DNA of 20,985 bases from Candidatus Hodarchaeota archaeon. Its GTDB lineage: Archaea > Asgardarchaeota > Heimdallarchaeia > Hodarchaeales > Hodarchaeaceae. Location: the NCBI GenBank assembly GCA_016840035.1, contig JAEOTC010000074.1, positions 1 through 20,985 of the forward strand, read 5' to 3'. Shown piece after piece: positions 17,931 through 20,985 of the stretch. Below the pieces are notes generated by a model. It had not been told where the DNA came from. It worked only from the letters and a program-made list of their open reading frames with translations, and searched no databases. The position numbers and the translations under genes were made by a program. Every line of letters starts with the position of its first letter. The first letter of the stretch is position 1.

Positions 17931-19391
17931 ACTTAAGCCTTCAACCGTTTTCTTATAGTAATTATGAAAACAATCAGCAAATTAATTATTGTTACAACCA
18001 CAATTATTGGGATAATAATTTGAAGAACATCTAAATCATAAGTTGGGACGATGATATTGGTCACAGCAATACTTTCTGAACCAATATATTTGTAGAATAA
18101 TACTGAAGTGAAATGACCAAATATTCGTACTGAAAAAGTAGTAGTAATTGCCATATAAGCTTGGATTCCAGTTTCGGTGAAATAGCACTGGGTTTGATTT
18201 ATTTTTATACCAGTAAGATATAAACTCATACTCGACGGAACTCTGGGTTTTAGAATGATTGTCGAGGTCAATGTTTTATTTGTAAGTTCATATTCAACTA
18301 ATTCGACTTTTTTATCACAGATATATTCTTTAGATGCTAAGGTATCTAAAACTTGAATCCAGAGATCCCAATCTCTTGAGATAATGGGTTCTCCCAATTT
18401 ATTGCCGATTGTAAGTTGATATTCTGTCATATTATAAGAAACATTGATTCTGCCTGTATTTGTGTCATTTGGGAATGAAACAATCCTTATTGTGAAATTA
18501 GAGTTACGAGGGGGAATTGTATCAAAAATAGGTTGGAGTGTGAAGTTATCTATGCGAACTTGAGTCAAATTCGCGATATCTTCCATATCCATTCCTCCTG
18601 GTAACTCCATTCCCTGAGTAAAATCGGGTCTTTCTGGTCTTTGAACAACTCCGAATTCTAGATCCTGTCCTTCTTCCACACCATAGGATTGTAATGTGGC
18701 ATTACTGGTCTTGATTAGACTAATATTGAATGTAAGTACAAAAATTAAAATGAATTTAGTCTTAATCTGAACTTTTTTCAAGCTTAGCCCACACAGGAAA
18801 GAATGGATTATTTACATATTGATTCTTAATTTAATTATCTTTAAATTTTTACTATCATTTGAAGATTATGTAATACTTCAATTTCTATGATTCAGGCTAT
18901 TCAAAAGAAAGAGAAGGGAGCATTGCAAGAATGAGGAAGAAAGTAACAAAGCTAAAAACACCAATTATAATTCTAATTCGTCCTAAGCTGAGAATATAAT
19001 CTTCTATTGCTTTCATTCCCCTCCATCTTGGAGTAGATGTAAGTAAGGACTTCCTATAGTCTTCATATTTTCCTTCCCTTCGCATTTTCATATCTTCCTG
19101 TATTTCTGGAATAGCTGAAATAAGAAAGATTACGTTTGAAAGAACAGCATACAAGAAATAGAGTAGATCATTAGTTCTTAGGAGGAACCAGGGAATCATT
19201 AGGAAATAACCCAATGGATAAGCAATCATTATATCCCCCAGAAGGAAAATTCCAATTAAGAATCCAAAAACATTGGTAGTGATTGCTCCGAAAAAATCTA
19301 TTACGAAATAGCTCCCAATAATTACTGAAAGACCTCTACCTCCCTTAAAACGATAATAAAGGGGCCAATTATGGCCAATTAGGCCTGTGAT
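17451..19391. repeat. Inverted near-identical DNA patches shared by the two PlsY-like genes
   Basis: 17451-17522 vs reverse complement of 19320-19391: 67/72 identical. 17640-17675 vs reverse complement of 19167-19202: 34/36 identical. Each contains a 23-nt exact match. Confidence 0.85.
17933..18781 (-). CDS. Hypothetical exported protein with signal peptide and C-terminal TM anchor
   Basis: MKKVQIKTKFILIFVLTF leader; mature part begins ..SYGVEEGQ; several N-x-S/T sequons; C-terminal IIIPIIVVVTIINLLIVFIITIRKRLKA. No family recognised. Confidence 0.75.
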   Translation of the reverse strand: MKKVQIKTKFILIFVLTFNISLIKTSNATLQSYGVEEGQDLEFGVVQRPERPDFTQGMELPGGMDMEDIANLTQVRIDNFTLQPIFDTIPPRNSNFTIRIVSFPNDTNTGRINVSYNMTEYQLTIGNKLGEPIISRDWDLWIQVLDTLASKEYICDKKVELVEYELTNKTLTSTIILKPRVPSSMSLYLTGIKINQTQCYFTETGIQAYMAITTTFSVRIFGHFTSVLFYKYIGSESIAVTNIIVPTYDLDVLQIIIPIIVVVTIINLLIVFIITIRKRLKA

Positions 19392-19703
19392 TGCAATTAT
19401 TAAATGATATTCTTCTTGAGGATATAAAATACCTTTGAATATAATCATGGGTAGAATTACTTTAAGCATATCGAGAAATCCAATAAATAGTCCCCATCTT
19501 ACACCTAGAACAACAGAAACACGATCTCCTCCATATCCTGTTAGAATTGTACCTTTTTGTTCCTGATTATTGATTTGCATTGTATATTTCAAGTCTTCCA
19601 GAGATTTTTCTGATGCAATCAACCTACTTATTAAACGAGAGGAAGATATGGAACCTATTAAGTAACCAATAATTCCAGCAAGACCAGAAATCATTATCTC
19701 CAT
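18897..19703 (-). CDS. plsY: PlsY-like (DUF205) glycerol-3-phosphate acyltransferase family protein, divergent, copy 2
   Basis: GYLIGSI, LDMLK, GHNWPLYYRFKGGRG; colinear with 17151..17930 (shared LMIPWFLLRTND, IPEI, PRWRGMK). Confidence 0.8.
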   Translation of the reverse strand: MEIMISGLAGIIGYLIGSISSSRLISRLIASEKSLEDLKYTMQINNQEQKGTILTGYGGDRVSVVLGVRWGLFIGFLDMLKVILPMIIFKGILYPQEEYHLIIAITGLIGHNWPLYYRFKGGRGLSVIIGSYFVIDFFGAITTNVFGFLIGIFLLGDIMIAYPLGYFLMIPWFLLRTNDLLYFLYAVLSNVIFLISAIPEIQEDMKMRREGKYEDYRKSLLTSTPRWRGMKAIEDYILSLGRIRIIIGVFSFVTFFLILAMLPSLSFE

Positions 19704-19830
19704 TATAATTCAACCTAAATAACTTTGTGTATGGAGGAATCATAAAGAACAATAAAAAAGCTTATACTAAATTCGAAATAAGAAATAAGTCCTAATTTGT
19801 AAAAAAAAAGGAGAAAAATATAATATCATC

Positions 19831-19860
19831 AATTTAAAGTTCTTAATAGAACTTAAAATT
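19831..19860. promoter_or_regulatory. 30-bp palindrome centred in the divergent plsY2 / flavin-binding gene spacer
   Basis: AATTTAAAGTTCT-TAAT-AGAACTTAAAATT, 12 of 13 arm pairs complementary. Confidence 0.55.
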
Positions 19861-19991
19861 AGGGAGGACTATTTTAATTTGTTTCGAAGAGAAACTTAGA
19901 TTTGTTAGATAAAAATTCCGAATTCTAAAGAGAAAAGAATTAAATTTTTAGAAGAATTTGTAAAAATGAGAGTAAAAACAGAGATGATAAA

Positions 19992-20444
19992 ATGTTAGGA
20001 ATCGTTGAAAACTTTTTAAAGGACTCAAGAATACCTTTACGGCTTTCAGGAGTTACAAAATCAGGTTGGCCATTTTTATTAAGTTTATGGTATATTTATT
20101 CAGATGACAAGATCTATTTAGCTACAATTGAGTCAGCGAAAGTTGTCACGTACCTTTCTAACAATCCAAAATGTGCATTTGAGATTTCAAGTGAAAATCC
20201 TCCATATTGTGGAATTCGTGGGCAAGCTTCAGCGAAAATTATTGATTCACGAGGTGATGAAATATTAGAAGCACTCCTAAACAGATATTTAGGTGGTACC
20301 AATAATCCATTAGCCCAAAATTTAATGAATCGAAGTGTGAAAGAAGTCGCTATTGAACTCACTCCCATAAATATGTATCAATGGGATTTTAGTACTCGTA
20401 TGCAGAATTTATCATTTGACCCTCCATTGAAAGTATGCCCCTAA
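19992..20444 (+). CDS. Pyridoxamine 5'-phosphate oxidase-like split-barrel flavin/F420-binding protein
   Basis: LRLSGVTKSGWPFLLSLWY, IYLAT..SAKV..L..NPKCAF, PPYCGIRGQASA, RYLG, WDFS.RM pattern. Confidence 0.88.
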   Translation: MLGIVENFLKDSRIPLRLSGVTKSGWPFLLSLWYIYSDDKIYLATIESAKVVTYLSNNPKCAFEISSENPPYCGIRGQASAKIIDSRGDEILEALLNRYLGGTNNPLAQNLMNRSVKEVAIELTPINMYQWDFSTRMQNLSFDPPLKVCP

Positions 20445-20465
20445 AATAATTTGGAATGATTTAGC

Positions 20466-20985
20466 ATGATAGATATATTGATATTCTCATTTTTGATGTT
20501 ATTACTTTTTTTTAGCGCCTTCTACTTAATCGCTTTGAAACAAGGTATCTACAATACAGTCGATATCGCCTATGGTACCTCCTTTATTATCATTGCAGTC
20601 TACTCAATAATCATGAGTGATAACGGTTTAACATTAAGGAAATTATTAATTACCGCCCTCTTAGTATTTTGGGGAATTCGTATTGCTTATTTTCTAACCA
20701 TAAGAAAATATGGAAAAGATCCAATAACAAATGAAGATAAACGGTTCAAAATCATGCGGGATAGATGGGGAAAGAGCAGTCTTTGGAAGGGGTTCTTCTT
20801 CCTTTATCTTACACAAGTATTTCTTGTTCTTATAGTCTCCTTACCAGTTTTAGTTGTTAATTATTTTAGTGGTTCTCAAGAGTCTACAGCTCTCGAAATA
20901 GTAGTCTTGATATTAATTTTCATCGCGATTTTAGGGGAAACTTTGAGTGATTTTCAGCTCTACCAATTTAAGAAAAAGTCAACGA
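20466..20985 (+). CDS. DUF1295 family membrane protein (partial, runs off the window end)
   Basis: Not in the ORF track. Manual translation from ATG 20466: MIDILIFSF...NTVDIAYG...LVFWGIRIAYFLTIRKYGK...EDKRFKIMRDRWG...YLTQ...SLPV...GETLSDFQLYQFKK; open to the window end. Starts 21 nt after the upstream stop. Confidence 0.88.
   Translation, partial: MIDILIFSFLMLLLFFSAFYLIALKQGIYNTVDIAYGTSFIIIAVYSIIMSDNGLTLRKLLITALLVFWGIRIAYFLTIRKYGKDPITNEDKRFKIMRDRWGKSSLWKGFFFLYLTQVFLVLIVSLPVLVVNYFSGSQESTALEIVVLILIFIAILGETLSDFQLYQFKKKST

Noticed and set aside
18859-18881. TTGAAG-N11-CTTCAA hairpin after plsY copy 2
   Set aside because: Arms of only 6 bp in very AT-rich DNA; cannot be distinguished from chance.
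11731-20368. ORFs 11731-11991, 12239-12457, 14337-14792, 15525-15740 and 20114-20368
   Set aside because: Alternative-frame or antisense shadows of confident genes.
1-20985. tRNA/rRNA, CRISPR array, IS elements or integrase
   Set aside because: No GC-rich structured RNA segment, no regularly spaced repeats and no transposase or recombinase motifs were seen by eye. A covariance-model search was not possible.

Overview
AT-rich, gene-dense window with no RNA genes, CRISPR array or mobile element that I can support. Several features point to an archaeon, most plausibly an Asgard (Heimdall/Hod-like) lineage: Asn/sequon-rich beta-helix surface protein, membrane-anchored wHTH regulator, BRE/TATA-like promoters and GGTG/GGAGG RBSs. 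This taxonomy is inference. Left part: partial C_GCAxxG_C_C redox protein, small membrane protein, a two-gene unit (beta-helix surface protein + transmembrane wHTH regulator), two membrane-anchored alpha/beta hydrolases, an SRPBCC protein, an orphan MCP-type receptor and a frameshifted DUF4386-like gene. Right part, the most interesting: a lipid-themed cluster bracketed by two DUF1295 genes. Its core is a tightly coupled operon of MacB/LolCDE-type ABC ATPase + permease + RPH/PigC-type ATP-dependent dikinase + divergent PlsY-like acyltransferase. It faces a second PlsY-like paralog in inverted orientation, with a membrane-anchored protein gene between them. Both PlsY-like proteins lack the canonical motif-3 His and share patches of near-identical DNA. 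Three long palindromes sit in divergent promoter regions.
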